A stretch of DNA of 64,000 nucleotides from Camelus dromedarius (Eukaryota), in contig NC_087438.1 in assembly GCF_036321535.1 (NCBI RefSeq), positions 3,536,001 to 3,600,000 of the forward strand, written 5' to 3'. The notes below the pieces were generated by a model that saw only the letters and a program-made list of their open reading frames with translations, searched no databases and was not told the DNA's origin. The translations under genes were made by a program, and so were the position numbers. Shown piece by piece: positions 36,822 to 50,105 of the stretch. Positions within the stretch are counted from its first letter, which is position 1; each line of letters starts with the position of its first letter.

Positions 36822-37283
36822 TTCATCAGTCAGTGTTCTCTAGAGAAACACACAATAGGCTACGTACAGAGAGAAGGGGGTTTCGTTTTAAGGACTCGGC
36901 TCACGTGATCGCAGGGCTGGTAAGTTCGGAATCTGGAGGGCAGGCACGGGCCGGAAGTCCAGGCAGGAGTCGATCCACCATCTTTAGCCTGAGTTCTGCA
37001 GAGCAGCAGGCTGGCCACTCAGGCAGGGTTTCTGTGTGACAGCCTTGAGACCAAATTCCTTCTTCTCAGGGAAACTGCTGTGTTTGTTCTTGGGACCTTC
37101 AGCTGATAGGGTGAGGTCAACCCTGTTCTGGAGGGCAATTAGCTTTAGTCAAAGTCCACTGATTTAAATGTTGAATGTTCAGCACATCGAAAACACACCT
37201 TCACAGCAACATCCAGTCTGGTGTTTGACCAACTCGTAAGCATCAGAGCCCAGCTAAGTTGATGTGTAAAATTAACCATCACA
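36822..37283 (-). mobile_element. MLT2-type (ERVL) solo LTR
   Basis: Begins tcagtcagtgttctctagagaaacacacaataggc and ends aagttgatgtgtaaaattaaccatcaca, the reverse complement of the MLT2 5' end tgtgatggttaatttt. Confidence 0.82.
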
Positions 37284-37632
37284 CCTCTTCCCCGCGGATC
37301 GGATTAAGCCAGCCCTCACTGGGGACTCAGAAAAACCGCAGCTGCCCGGGGATTACAGTGGACGCTGCCCCCACAGAGCCCCAGGGGCCACAGTGTAGGT
37401 TCTGGCGTGGTCAGCCTCACTCACCCTCCAGCTCCCTGGCTTGCAGGTAACACGAGGTGCTGGTGTAGCACAGCCAGCCCTGCACCACCCCCACCAGCCC
37501 TTGGGTCCACCCCGAGGGAGACAGTCCCAGCCCCTTGTCGCTGGCCTGGCTCTGTGAAGGACGCAAAGTGGCCAGGCATGGTCCTGTCTTCAAGGACTTG
37601 TTTCACCAGGAAAATAACATCGGGCCCCAAAG

Positions 37633-38510
37633 TGCTGCATTACAGACAGGGACAGGCAGAGGAGGGGGAGATGTGCCCCTGTGGGGAGGGGAGCGATAGA
37701 CCACAGAGGGCAGCCTTCAGTCTGGACCCTTAACGTTGGGAAAAGCTGGACCAGAGGAAGGATGCAGAACAAAACTCAAATCTGCAAGCAGCTCTGCCCT
37801 GGAGGAAGGCGGAAGGACCACCTCCCCCACCGGCCTATGTTTTGCAAAATGCTCTGCAAGAAAGTGTTATAGCAACCGACTGAGGTTGAAGGCCAAATGT
37901 AAAGGAGGCTGCATTTTGATGTGTGATTCAGGTGCCCTTCTGCGGTTGCTGCAAGGGGAGGGGTGATGTGAATGGGATGATTGCTATCGCCCTGGAGGGG
38001 ACACAGTTCCAGCCCGAGGCTGCCCCGCCCATCTCAGCACATTTTTTTCTACTGAGAGTGTGAAGGAAAAACCGGGCAGGTCTGACAAGATAACTCACAG
38101 GTCTAGGAATGTGAAGGAGAGGCTGGGCTGGGCTAACAAGTCTAAGTATTGGAATACTGATCTGAGTTCTGCTGGACTAACTTGTAAATCTAGGTTAATT
38201 AGTGTTGGTTTGCTGTTTATGTGTTTTTGCTAGCCAGCTGGATTTTCAAAGATACATATCTGGCTTTGGAATGTTGGTTTGCGGCCTCCCCGCCTCCACT
38301 TTTGTGATGATAATGCTGCTAAAGCTGTTCCATGCCTATTGCCCAATACCCCAAGCTTGTACTTTACCCTATAAAACCTCACGTGCACATCTTGAAGGTG
38401 CTCAGAGCTTCGGAGCAGAAGCCCCTCTGAGCCCGCCGGCGTAATACATCTGAGTACTCCAACCCTCCGAGTGGTGCTTGTTTCTTGACTGTCCTGTCGT
38501 TTCCGTAACA
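37633..38510 (+). mobile_element. Solo ERV LTR (5' boundary uncertain)
   Basis: Ends ...tttccgtaaCA; CCAAT at 38343 and TATAAAA at 38370-38376; R/U5-like segment; possible degenerate TSD aaag / agag; no primer-binding site follows. Confidence 0.6.
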
Positions 38511-38829
38511 AGAGTATCACTGATTTCAGCATCAAAATTACGGTTGAAACATGAAATTATCATTCTGTGCTTCCCACACGTCTTTTTTATTCATAGAACT
38601 TACACAGCATTCTATAATAAACTCTGATTTCCTCTGCTGAACCCTAAAACTGGTGGTCAAATCACAAGCTTGGGGCCACAAACGCGCCCCCTCCCTCCCC
38701 GGCAGGAGGTTCTTGTTCTTTGAAAGGGCCTGTTTGTGAAGACATGAGGAAGTTGGCGATAGCGAAACTCAGCTTGTACACGGCAACCCTTCAACAGGGT
38801 CATAAATTCAGATACTTTAAAATAAGTCC

Positions 38830-39308
38830 TGTGAATGAAAAACACTGCAAACCATATCAGTAAACAAGGAATGCTGAAGCCATCAAGTCATCAGCGGCTG
38901 CCGCCACCCCCCAGTGCAGACGAGCCTGCAGCCCAGCCTCTGCAGCCACTCACAGTGGTGCCCTCTGAGGGGACTCAGAATAAGAAAGGACAGGATACTG
39001 GCCCTAAATAGCTAGGTGCTTGTCAAAGGAGTGAATTCAATGAGCCCAAATGTTTGCTTCCTCCCATAAAAAGAAAAGCACTAAATTCTTTAACTTGAGA
39101 TGCCTGATTCTCTTCAGATAACAAGTAAGCTTTTATTGTTCCAACTACCTGGTCTTTGTTGTAAAGCTCCGGTATAGCCCAGCTCCTCCCCTACCTCTTC
39201 GGAGCAGTCCGTCAGAGCCACCTGAGAGGCTGTCATCCCGGCTCGAGTCCTCCTGCCAAATAAAACATAACTGTCAACTTTTAGGCTGCGCATTTATTTT
39301 CGTCAACA
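38830..39308 (+). mobile_element. Solo ERV1-class LTR with perfect 4-bp TSD
   Basis: gtcc|TGTGAATG...GTCAACA|gtcc; AATAAA at 39259-39264; homologous to 62608-63063. Confidence 0.88.
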
Positions 39309-42024
39309 GTCCCTTTGGGCAGAGCAGTCGTCCTAGAAAGTGGTTCTCCCACTGCTCAGAGGAGGACAGGTCGGATCTGAGGACCGCAGCCCAGTCAAAG
39401 GCCAGTGACCGAGGAATCCGGTTTCTCGCCTTGGGTTTCAGCCTCGGGCGCTGGTTTCCTCTGTGGCTCAGTAATCATCCACCCGCTTGGCGATCATGAC
39501 ACCTGACTTGAGACCAGCAGTGTCTCAACCTGGGGGTCTCAAGTTGAGACCCTGACCTGCCAGGTTGCTGGTTGTCTCAGGTGAGCAGAGTCACTGGGTC
39601 GAGCAGAGATAGCACCAGGATGATGCTTTGCCTGGAACCAAACCCAGCTTTGCTCGGTGCAGAGATGAGGGACTGAAAACACAAGTTTGTGAAGTCAGAG
39701 CCCTGTTTTATCTCTGCACACACACTCAGACACGCAGATGCAACGAGTACTTGGCTGTGTATTTGAAATGAGGTTTTGTTCACAGCAATTCCTTTTAACT
39801 TTGTTTCAACTCAAAAAAATGCCTTTTTATTACATACTCCAGCAAGTCCTGTTTGCTAGTTTGCAGATGAGAACAGGATGGCTCTGGAGAGGGCAGAAGG
39901 ACCCACGCGTGCAGGGACGGCAGGGCAGGACACGGGGCCTCAGCCCCACACACGACACACGGCTTCACTCACGCTCCGTTCAGTCTCCCCCAGGTGAGAA
40001 AATGCCTTCGCTTACCCCACTTGCCGGAGGCCCTGGCGCTGCCGGGAGCGGGGCAGCGGGGCCACACCCTCGGCGGTCCGAATCACTGAGGCCCCAGGTC
40101 TGCACCAGCTTCGCGAGGGGCAGCTTCTCCCCGGCTGGGTCCCAACATGGCCCGCACCCTCGGTGTCCCCGCCCAGGCCCAGATTCCTCTCGGTTAGATT
40201 CCTCCTGCCCCGAGGCCCCCGTTGAGCATGAACACCAGTGTCTCGAGGCACAGAAAGGAGATGGGGTGATGTGCTTTGTCACTGATGCTACCGTTCATTC
40301 AGCATGCAGACACTACACACCAACTCTGCCCCTCAGGCTGGTGGCTGCGGGACACCCTCAAGGTCTCCAGACTCACAACAACAAAGGCTCATGTCTGCCT
40401 CGTGTGCCTGGTGGCTGCCCCTCGCCTGTGGGTCTGCTCTGGGCGTTTTCTTCAATCCCAAGTCAGCGCCCCATCCAGGCGATACGGTCCGGACGGCAGA
40501 GGGGAGCAGGGCAGCAGCTGCGGGTACTGGGGGCCGCCTCTAACCGCTTCTGCCCGAACAGGCCCCGGGTCACTCGCACTCATGCCCCACCATCCAGAGC
40601 AAGGCGCACAGCGAAACCAAGGTGGATGGGGCGGGGACCGGACCTCCTCCCCCAGGGAGGCCCCGGGCAGACAGCAGCGGTGGGTGTGCGCTGCAGGTAC
40701 TGAGAAGGGCGTGGCTACGTCAGAACGGCCACACCCTCCCACACCCTGCGCCACACCTACTACTACATGCCACACGTGCCTCCAGCCTCGCTGGAAACTA
40801 ACGAAGGCCTCTTCCCTTCAGGCTGCTGCAGTGTGACGGTCCTTGTGTTAACACCTGCGTGATAGTGGCCAAGCCAGTTCCCCTCTCTGGCTGCTGGGTT
40901 TACTGTCCATAAAACAAAGCAATTAGATCTTTCAGGTTCCCTCAAAATTCTGTGATGTCCTCCCTTCCATTTCCCCTGTCATTCAACGAATCCTTGACCA
41001 GAGTCATGAATCAGCCCTGAGCGCATCTCATCTGGTGTAATCTGGCCAGACAAAGGGCGGTCCCTGCTCTGCGGGAGAAGCAGATGGAAGGGCTCTGGGG
41101 AAGCTCTAAGGAGTGCTTGGCTGGAGCCTCCTGAAATCCGGACACCCACATGGATGCATTCGCAGACCCCAGGATGGGCAGGGCGTTCTCCAGGGGCTGG
41201 TGGCTCGAGTCCAGACCAGTGTCCAGGGCGACGGGCCCACCTGGCAACAGAGGAAACCAAAGGCATGCTGAGGCCCCTACTGCCGGGTCTGCAGCAGGAG
41301 CAGTCCCCGGGCCCATGTGCCACCTGGCAGAGGCCTGGCTGCCGTCCCAGTTTCCCGGCTTGAGCAGAGAGGCCCAAGGCTCCCACCTGGGTCACATCCA
41401 GCCATTAGTTCTTCTTCTGACCTCGGGTTTGATGGTTGGTCCTGGCAGCCGACTCCCAGCTGAGGGTCTGGGGTGGCTTCAGAAAGCACGAGAGCTGGAA
41501 TGACCCCCACGCCCGGGCCTGGCGGCGGAGAGGTGAGCAGCCTGCCGGGAGCCTGAAGGCCGGGGAGCATGTCCTGCCGCTTTGTTTGCTTACCTGGCCG
41601 TCACCACCTTCTCAGGATGCCAGCCTCCCCCAGGAAAACCGGCTCAGACCATCGGGGTGCAGGTGCAGGCCGCTGCCTCCAGTTCATTTCACCGCGTGAC
41701 TCTGTGCCACAGTGGGCCACTGCTCCCCTGTCCCCTCCAGGCGGAGCACCAGGCCTTGCCACAGGGGCTGGAAGGTCAGAGCGCTGTCCACTCGGAGGAG
41801 GCCTCCTGCACGAGCCGATGGGGCCCTGCCTGTCCCAACACGATGCTGGGATCCAGGGCCTGACGGGAAATGGGCCGAATGCTTGTTCAGCATTAACTCT
41901 CTCCCCTGGTTTTTGAGTGCGCCCAACGGTTCTGGAATGTGCTGTATTTTGTCCCAGTCTGTAGCCTTCCAGGTTGTTCATAGACCCTTGGATTCCCTAA
42001 AACCCCCTCCTCCAACACATTGCT

Positions 42025-42235
42025 TGCTACGGACTAAACTGTATGTCCCTTCCTCCCACCAAATTCATATATTGAAACCCTAACCTCCAATGTGACCGTA
42101 TGTGGAGATGGAGCCTGTGAGGGGATAATTAAGTTTAGATGGGGTCATAGGGTGTGACCCTAATCCCATAGGACTGGTGTCCTCATAAGAAAAGAAAAAG
42201 GCACCAGAGAGCCATTCTCTCTCTCTCTCTCTCTC
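42025..42235 (+). mobile_element. MLT1A-like MaLR LTR, 5' half, ending in (CT)n/(CA)n
   Basis: tgctacggactaaactgtatgtccc...aaattcatatattgaaaccctaacctccaatgtga...ggactggtgtcctcataaga. Confidence 0.8.
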
Positions 42236-42912
42236 AAACACACACACGCACACACACTTGTCTGTACGTGTCAGGGTGGGGAAACGAGAGAATACTGTAA
42301 AATTTGCAAAAAACCAACCAAGTTATTTTTGACTCTTTCCCTACTCTCAGAAAGAGATACAAAATCATTTTCTTATTCTGTCTTTTCACCTTTGCCTCAG
42401 ATCAGTTCTGGGCAAATCTGAATGAAGAAAGACGGCAGGAAGGAAAACAAGAAAACTCGTGGGATCTTTAGAGACTCACGGCCAAGCAGGCATTACGGTT
42501 CACGTTGGACGTTTCATCAGGACGGAGCAGCCCGAGCGAACAGTTTGAAAGCAAACACACACGACTGTTCTGTGATCCTCATAGCAGAGCACAGAGTGTG
42601 AGGACTGCCTCCAACACGGGGCGTGCTCTTCAGTTTTGTGGGAAATGAAGCCACAGTAAATTAACAGAAAGGGTCATCTCAGCATCAGTCCTTCTCCGGC
42701 CGCTCCGTCCACAGCAGGAGGGGCTCCTCTGCCGTCATTACCGTTTACAGGAGCCCCTTTCTTCCGCCTGCAGGTGGAGGTCAGCCTCCACGCTTGCCCG
42801 AGGCCTGGGGCCCACGCACTCTGGGCTTTCTGACGGGTTCCAGCCTCAGACACTGTTTAATCTGTCAGCCCTCCCTGTGTGCTCATGGCTCTCCCAGCTC
42901 AGGGAGGAAGAA

Positions 42913-42943
<31 letters not shown>

Positions 42944-43459
42944 GGAAAGACTATAGGATTGAGCTGCAGATCAAGGGAACCAGGGTGCAAGGCTGCATGT
43001 GGGTTACGTCAGCCCTGTGTCTGGTGGGTCACGGGGTTGCAAGGCCTCGGTGTGCAGGGCCACTCGAGGGCCTGCAAGAGGCTTCCAGCCCTGGCCCGGA
43101 TGGGGTCCCGTCTTAGACTCCGAGTTAGAGGGCAGTCTTTCTGCCATGTCCCCTACATAATTGTTCAGCCTGTTTCCCCCATTTTCACCATGGTAACATG
43201 GTGATTTTGGAAGCTGAGTTCACCTTAATATTTTTGCCTACTGTAGGTCCAACTGAGTCAAAGTTGTAGAAAAACCAAACCCCATTGTGATTCCACGTGG
43301 GTCCTCCGGGAAGGTCCTGGGCCTCCTCGAGTGCTCAGCCGCAGGGCTCCCCGCACCTCTGTTGTTCTCCGGGGTCACCTCTCGGGAACGCACAGCCCGT
43401 CCATGGTCTCTGCCTTATCTCCAGCCTTGGAAACTTTCTCCCTCCAGTCTCCATCTGAG

Positions 43460-43785
43460 TCCATCTAGGTGGCCATCACAGGACACCATGGGCCGGGGCT
43501 TCTATCTCAGCTCTAGGTGCTGGGAAGTCCAAGGTCAAAGTGCAAGCAGATCTGGTGTCTCGCCTCCCGGCTTGCAGACAGCCTCCTGGCCGTGTCCTCA
43601 CCTGGCAGAGAGGGCGCCGGCCTCTTCCTCTTCTTGAAAGGACCCTAATTCCTCCAAGGGAACTGCACCCTCTTAACCTCATTCAAAGTCACCTCCCAAA
43701 GTGTCCCCACCCCACTACCAGCACACAGAGGATCTAGACCCCACATATGAACTAGGTGGGGGCACAGACACTCAGTCCACAGCAG
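43460..43785 (-). mobile_element. MLT1A-like MaLR LTR
   Basis: ctgggaagtccaaggtcaaagtg...gtgtcctcacctggcagagag...cacctcccaaag...gacactcagtccacagca. Confidence 0.75.
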
Positions 43786-45978
43786 CCCCTGAGATGTGTC
43801 CCCCCAGGGGTCCGGGCAGAACTGCCAACACGTCATGCCAAACACGCGCCCGAGGACCCCTCCCCGCCCCCTCCAACACCACTGCTTCTCTGGGAAGCCA
43901 CCTCGCACCTCAGTCACCCACTGGTACTTCTGGGGGGTCCCCCAAACACACTCTCTCCTGTCCTCTCACACAGAACAAGCCACTTTAACCTTCAGTTGGA
44001 CTATCCTCAGACCTGCCTGACTCAGAGATGCACGTATTCACAGAGGAAGTGGTTTCCGTGACCACAGAGCTCCTTCCTCAGTAACTTCCTTACACATTTT
44101 ACAAATATCATAAATGGACAAATTTGTACCAAGTGGAAGAACAAACTATCTTCAAAAGAGATTCTAATTCTCTTGCAAGTTTGTATAGGGGGCGGGGGGC
44201 AGGGGGGTTGGTTGGGGAATCACTGAGGAAAGAGATGTGTGCTTTGAGACTAGTGTTCTGTCAGCGAAACAGCAGGTGCAGGTGGATAACGAATACTAGC
44301 TATTTAATAAAGATGAGCTGAAATTAAACGGAATCACCCAAATTATGAATCCGTGCCGACAAAGCTTTGTGAGGAGAAGGCATCGCATGGGTAGCTGTGT
44401 GCTGGGTCCTGCTTCCTCTTGAAAAGTGAATACATAAGAGATATGAAAAAGCTTTGAAAAGGCGAAGCCCTACAAAATGTAAGACACAGTTATGACAGAG
44501 TCCGCACGCCCCAGGCATGACTCATCACCACGTTAAACAGCAGTCTTTGTGTGCGCAGCTCCAATCTCGCTGAGTCTCTCCTCTGTGGTGTCTCCTGACA
44601 AAGGGAAACACAGCCACTCACAGAGACACCTGTCCCTCTCCCCTCCTCGACCGCACCATCTCACTGCCCAGGGCTCGCTGCACAGTGAATGTGACAAGGA
44701 GACGCTAGTGTTCTTTCGTAACACAGAGATAAGCTACAAGTAAAGAAAAACCTGCTTTCCCTGCAGGTTGCTGTCAGCCACTGTGCGCCGGGGTCTCCGT
44801 CCACAGGAGACATTCCTTCGTGGACCTCAGATCAGGGCCCGTGAAGCAAGTGTGCACACACCCTTCAGTGCTCGGCAGTCTGTCTGGCGTGCCAGGACCA
44901 CAAAGCTTGCGGTCACAAAGCCCAGGAAACTCTTCCTTCCAGGAATCTACCCCAATTCTTTCTTCTGTTTCCCTTTCTTTCAGCCCTTTCTCCCCACCCA
45001 AAGTCATGTAAGAAATTCAAGCTTTCAAATTTCAGCTGTGAGGTTAGATAACATTGCCCCCAAAATCACTAGAGGTTCAATGAGCTTTTAGATAAACCCA
45101 TCCAGTCCAGTTCATCACTAACTCCATCTGAGCTCCCACGGTTAACTAGTGTGTACGATCCACCCCTGTCCTGAGCTGCTTTCTGATCTTATTGTGGAAT
45201 AAGTGTCACGAACGTAAAGCGAAGAGCATCCGGCGTAAGAGGGAGAAGAGAGAAACACCGAGCTGAGCACGTGCAGGTTAAAGCTGTGGTGCCCACACTG
45301 AGTTTGGGGTGAGGGAAGAAAAGGAGCCACTTATCAGATCAGGGGGGAAATGCTGGGGTCTGGAGCAAAGGTTTGAGACCCTCCAAGCTGATGCCACAAC
45401 GTGAGCAAAAGAAGCCAAATATGAAAAGTGCCAGTAACTGCCGGAAACAGGCACAGGGCTGTGCGCGCAGCTGGAAGGGAGGCGGAGAGGGGTGGACGGA
45501 GGCGGGGCTGGAACTGGCTTCAGCGGCAAAGTCTAACTCTTGCCCCATCATCCAGCGAGGGTCCGATGGTTCAGGGAGCTGAGTCCTGTGACGTAGGTGG
45601 GACCACAAGGGAGAAGTCCATTCTCGATGTGGTGCAGGACTGCACGGAACGGGCCATCAGTGAGAAAGCGAGGAGTGAGTTACGGGAAGCAGAGGACGGA
45701 CGCACCGAGGACAAGATGAACCACCCACCCCTGCTGAGCACCCGGGACAGCGCTGCGGGAGGACGAGGGGAGGGTTCGGGCAGCCCCGCTCGTCTTATCA
45801 CGGGGGACCCAGGGCTGCTGCACGGACCACTGATCTGACCCTTTTTCTTCTGGAATCTTAATTCTCCTGAATTGCTTATGTGACTGATGGTTTCTCAAGA
45901 AGTACTAAATGAAATTTCTGGGATTTTTCTTTAAGCTGATAATGACTTTGTTATTTTGTTTTGTTTTGTTTTAAGAGT

Positions 45979-46185
45979 CAGGGTTTCCCAAAGTAGATGC
46001 CACTGCATTCACTGGGGACAGGATAAATCTGTACTGTGAGTGATGGTTCTGCCCATTGTGGGATTTAGTGCCATGTGCCCTGGCCCCAAATGAACGCCAG
46101 CCTTGCCCCTCATTGGTGCTGACAAACAGAAATGCTCCACACATTCCCAGGGCTCCTGGGGTGGGGGCGTCATTCTGCTAAGGGC
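45979..46185 (-). mobile_element. MER20-like hAT-Charlie relic
   Basis: cagggtttcccaa...ggataaatctgt...ctgcccattgtggga...tgacaaacagaaatgctccacacattccc. Confidence 0.55.
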
Positions 46186-47345
46186 AGATGCAAGCATGGC
46201 TAACACGAGCCTGCCCTGAGCTCAGGCACCCACTTCCAGCCCAGGGGGCTCCATTCTCATCCATTCAGAGAAAAGGGGAGAGGGGTGCAGGGAAATAAAT
46301 AAGTAATTACACTTCAGTAATGAAAGTATGTAAAATGCCAAGTCCAGAAGCCCCACAGGTGACAGAGGAGGCCTGGAGCGGCTTCACCACAGGAAAGACT
46401 GGAATTGAGTTTTAAATGGCAAATTGGAGACTGGAGTTTCAGGAGTGGCACAACATGCAAAAGGGCATAGGGTCACTGTAAAATATGTGTTTCCTTACAC
46501 AAGACACACTGGAGGGTTTTTTAAGCACTTAGCATGTGTCTATTTTCAAATTATTTGAACATAACAGTTAAAATCAACCAAAATATTAAGAGACACTGTC
46601 CAGTGGAAATCACCAGAAATGACTCTGATGGAATTCTGAAGTTAGAAAAAAGTCAGATCATAGACTTTAAAATTTTTAATTTACATTAAAATTTCAACCA
46701 AGACAGTTCAATGGAGAAGAGCAGTCTTTTCAACAAACGGTGCTGGGACAAGAGACAGACAGATGCAGAAGAACGAAGTTCAACCCCTACCTCACATCAT
46801 ATACAAAGACTAACTCAAAATGGATCAAACACCTGCACATAAGAGCTAAAACTATAAAACGTTTAGAAGATATTAATCTGTATGATCTTAGATTTGGCAA
46901 TAGTTTCTTAGATATAACACAAAAAGCACAAGCAATCAAAGGAAAGAAATAAATAAATTAGATGTCATCAAATTTATAAGCATTCTTTACATCAAAGAAC
47001 ATTATCAAGAAAGTGAAAAAGCAACTCAAAGAATGGGAGAAAGTATTTTCAATTCGTATATTGAAAAAGGTCTAATATTTAGAATATATAAGAAACTCTA
47101 AGCAATTCAACTACTTAACAATAAAAATACAAATGAATCCATTTAAAAATCAGTAAAGAATTTGAAAAGATTCCAAGCAAAATATACAGATGGCCAATAA
47201 GCCCATAAAAAGATGTTAAGTATCAATAGTCATCAGGGAAATGAAAATCAAAACCATAATGAGACAGTACATCTCACTCACTAGAGTGGCTACTATGATT
47301 TAAAAAAACAAAAAGAAAGAAAGAAAGAAAAAAGAAAAGAAAGAA

Positions 47346-47630
47346 ATAAACATAGACATAGAATACAACCTTGTGGTTGCCAAGGGGAAGGCAGGTGGGA
47401 AGGGACAGGCTGGGAGTTCAAAATCTGTAGATACTGACAGGCATATGCAGAACAGATAAACAAGATCATATGGTACAGCACAGGGAAATGTATACAAGAT
47501 CTTGTGGTAGCTCACAGCAAAAAAAAAGTGACAATGAATATATGTGTGTTCATGTATAACTGAAAAATTGTGCTCTACACTGGAATCTGACACAACATTG
47601 TGAAATGTCTATAACTCAATAAAAAATGTT
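47346..47630 (+). mobile_element. Young L1 3' UTR insertion
   Basis: catagacatagaatacaaccttgtggttgccaagggg...tataactcAATAAAaaatgtt, a reverse-complement homologue of 12013-12351; its tail has become the microsatellite. Confidence 0.85.
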
Positions 47631-47862
<232 letters not shown>

Positions 47863-48002
47863 CAAAATACCCAGTGATGGGGAGGATGTAGAGAAATTAG
47901 AACCCTGCGATCTTGCTGGTGGGGATATCTAGTTTCAGCCACTAAGAAAAACCCCTGGGCCTGGGCGTTTCCTCAAAAAGTTAAACATGGAATTGCCATG
48001 CA

Positions 48003-48091
48003 GGGGAGGGAAGACTTAGCTCCGGGGTGGAGCGCGGGGTTGGCAGGCACGAGGTCCTGGGTTCGATTCCCAGTACCTCCATTAAAAAAAA
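48003..48091 (+). mobile_element. Second, diverged tRNA-Ala-derived (Vic-1-like) SINE
   Basis: gaggtcctgggttcgattcccagtacctccattaaaaaaaa matches the 27806 copy; degenerate TSD aattgccatgca / aattactgtgca. Confidence 0.82.
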
Positions 48092-50105
48092 TTACTGTGC
48101 ATTCCAGTGACTTCACTCCCAGGTAAATCCCTGAGAAAACTCACTCACACAACAACCCGTGCGCCCGCGTTCACAGTGACACTACTCGTCACACCCACAC
48201 CCTGACGAGGGGGGCGCACACATCGGAGCTTGTGAGGGGAACCTTCAGTTCTCTCCCCGTGGAGCAATCTGCTAGGAGCCTAATGCTCAGAACCCTCTTA
48301 CAAAAAGCCAAGGAAACACTGCTTTCATCAGGCAGGGAAATCCCGAGCCCGGCTGGAGCCTCGCGCCGCTGTCTCGGCGTCAGGCTCCCGGGGCTGCACC
48401 GGCATGCGGGACTCAGGCGCGGTCCTGCTGACCGGCTGCCCTCCGCGCTCCTCGCCGGCCTCTGAGAGCCGCGGCTCGCACTGGCTTGGCTCTCAGCCGC
48501 AGGAGGAGCTGCCCCACAGCCCAGGGGGAGCTGGGCACCCATGTTCCCTCACTGATTTTGGCAAACCCGGGGCCTGGAGGAGACTGGTCCAGCTTCCCCT
48601 TTACCTTTCCTGGGACGCACCCGTCTGCCACTTCCCAGGACTGCGTTTAGGACGCAAGGGCAAACACACGACCGCGTGTCTTTGCTTCTCAGAGATGCTT
48701 ACCCATTTCCAGGACTGGGGGCCGCTTTCTGTTTTAATCACTGTGTTTTGTGATTAACCCCAAACTGCTCACAAGGAGTGTCTAAACAGTCCAAATTTGT
48801 GCAACAATCTCCATCCTGCGTCTTCAGTGTGTGTTAATACAACTTGTAGTAGAGTTGGTTAAGTTTGGCAGCATCACCCTGGACTCCCCTCTCCCCTGGA
48901 AGGATCTGAGGCCAGAAGCAAAGAGCAGGGTCTCCAGAGAGCCCAGTCCTTGGCCTGCGGGTGAGGAATGCAGGCAGCCTCTCATGGGCAAGTAAGTGGG
49001 GAAGGCGATGACTCTGTTGGCGCCCTGAGGCACAATCTACAATGATGGGACATTGCAAGGAGGTTGTAATTAGTGAGGAGGGAACCCCGTGAAGGCTGAT
49101 CCCACACACCAGCGGACTTCCCCTAGACCTCCCAGCACACTGTGTCCCGGGGACAGGCCTGGCCTCCCCGAGCCGGTCGCATCCCCCGTACATGTGTTTC
49201 CTCTTAGTGTGACTCATTGCGATGAGTCAGCTTTCACACGGCGTAGGGCTCCCTCACACCCCAGACAGCCGACGGGTCACCCCGGCCTTTATTTTTATCT
49301 TAATGGATTTATCTTCACTGATTTATCTTCAAGTATCTAAAAATCACTTGCAGATGGAATCCGTCTTCCCTACCACCTGCCTGAGGGCTGGTCAGGCCGA
49401 GACGTCCCCAGGGTGCCGGCGCGGTGCTCACAGAAACGGGCCCCTCCGTCTTTCTCAACACAGTCGCCCCTTCAGACTGACAGGCGAGTTTATTTCGAGG
49501 AACGCTAGCCATTCTGCAGAACTGGAAGCTGAATCTGACATCTCAGAGAACATAATGAGTCCGTGGACCGCAGAGACACCCCGTGACTGCAAGCATCCCT
49601 GCAGTGCAGGCAGTGGCAGAACCATTCGGACGCCTGCCTACCCACGACACATACACAAGAAGAGGAGCCACCACCGCAAACCGCTCGCCGACAGAACGCG
49701 ACCTGCACTGGGGAGGGCGCTGGGAGCAGAAGAGGGCGGGTGGAGGCTCCCTGTTTGCTGCTCAGTTAGTCAAAGGCTGGGATCAGCCAGCAGGCCCGGG
49801 ACCCGCAGCCGGGCTGGGCCTGCAGCTCACACTGGGTGAGGCTCTCTTGGTCGGGAGCTTGGACCCCTGGAGTGCTGGGCCGGGCCCATCCCCGCTCTGT
49901 CCCCTGCCTCCCAGGATGTGTTGGCCACCGGGTCACTGGTTCAGATGAGCATATGCACCCGCCCATCCCCCGTAACACCCCACAACATGTTTATATGTTT
50001 TTTTGGCTGAAATGTTTGATGATCCAAAGCTTTGGCCTTTAAATGTGACTCCCACTGTCTTCTTCACTAACGGCTCATGCATGCGATTTGCCTTCTTTCT
50101 CTTAG

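Noticed and set aside
39738..40703. Longest ORF in the window (321 aa)
   Set aside because: Pro/Gly/Arg/Ser-rich with no recognisable domain, in GC-rich DNA with overlapping ORFs on both strands; consistent with stop-codon scarcity.
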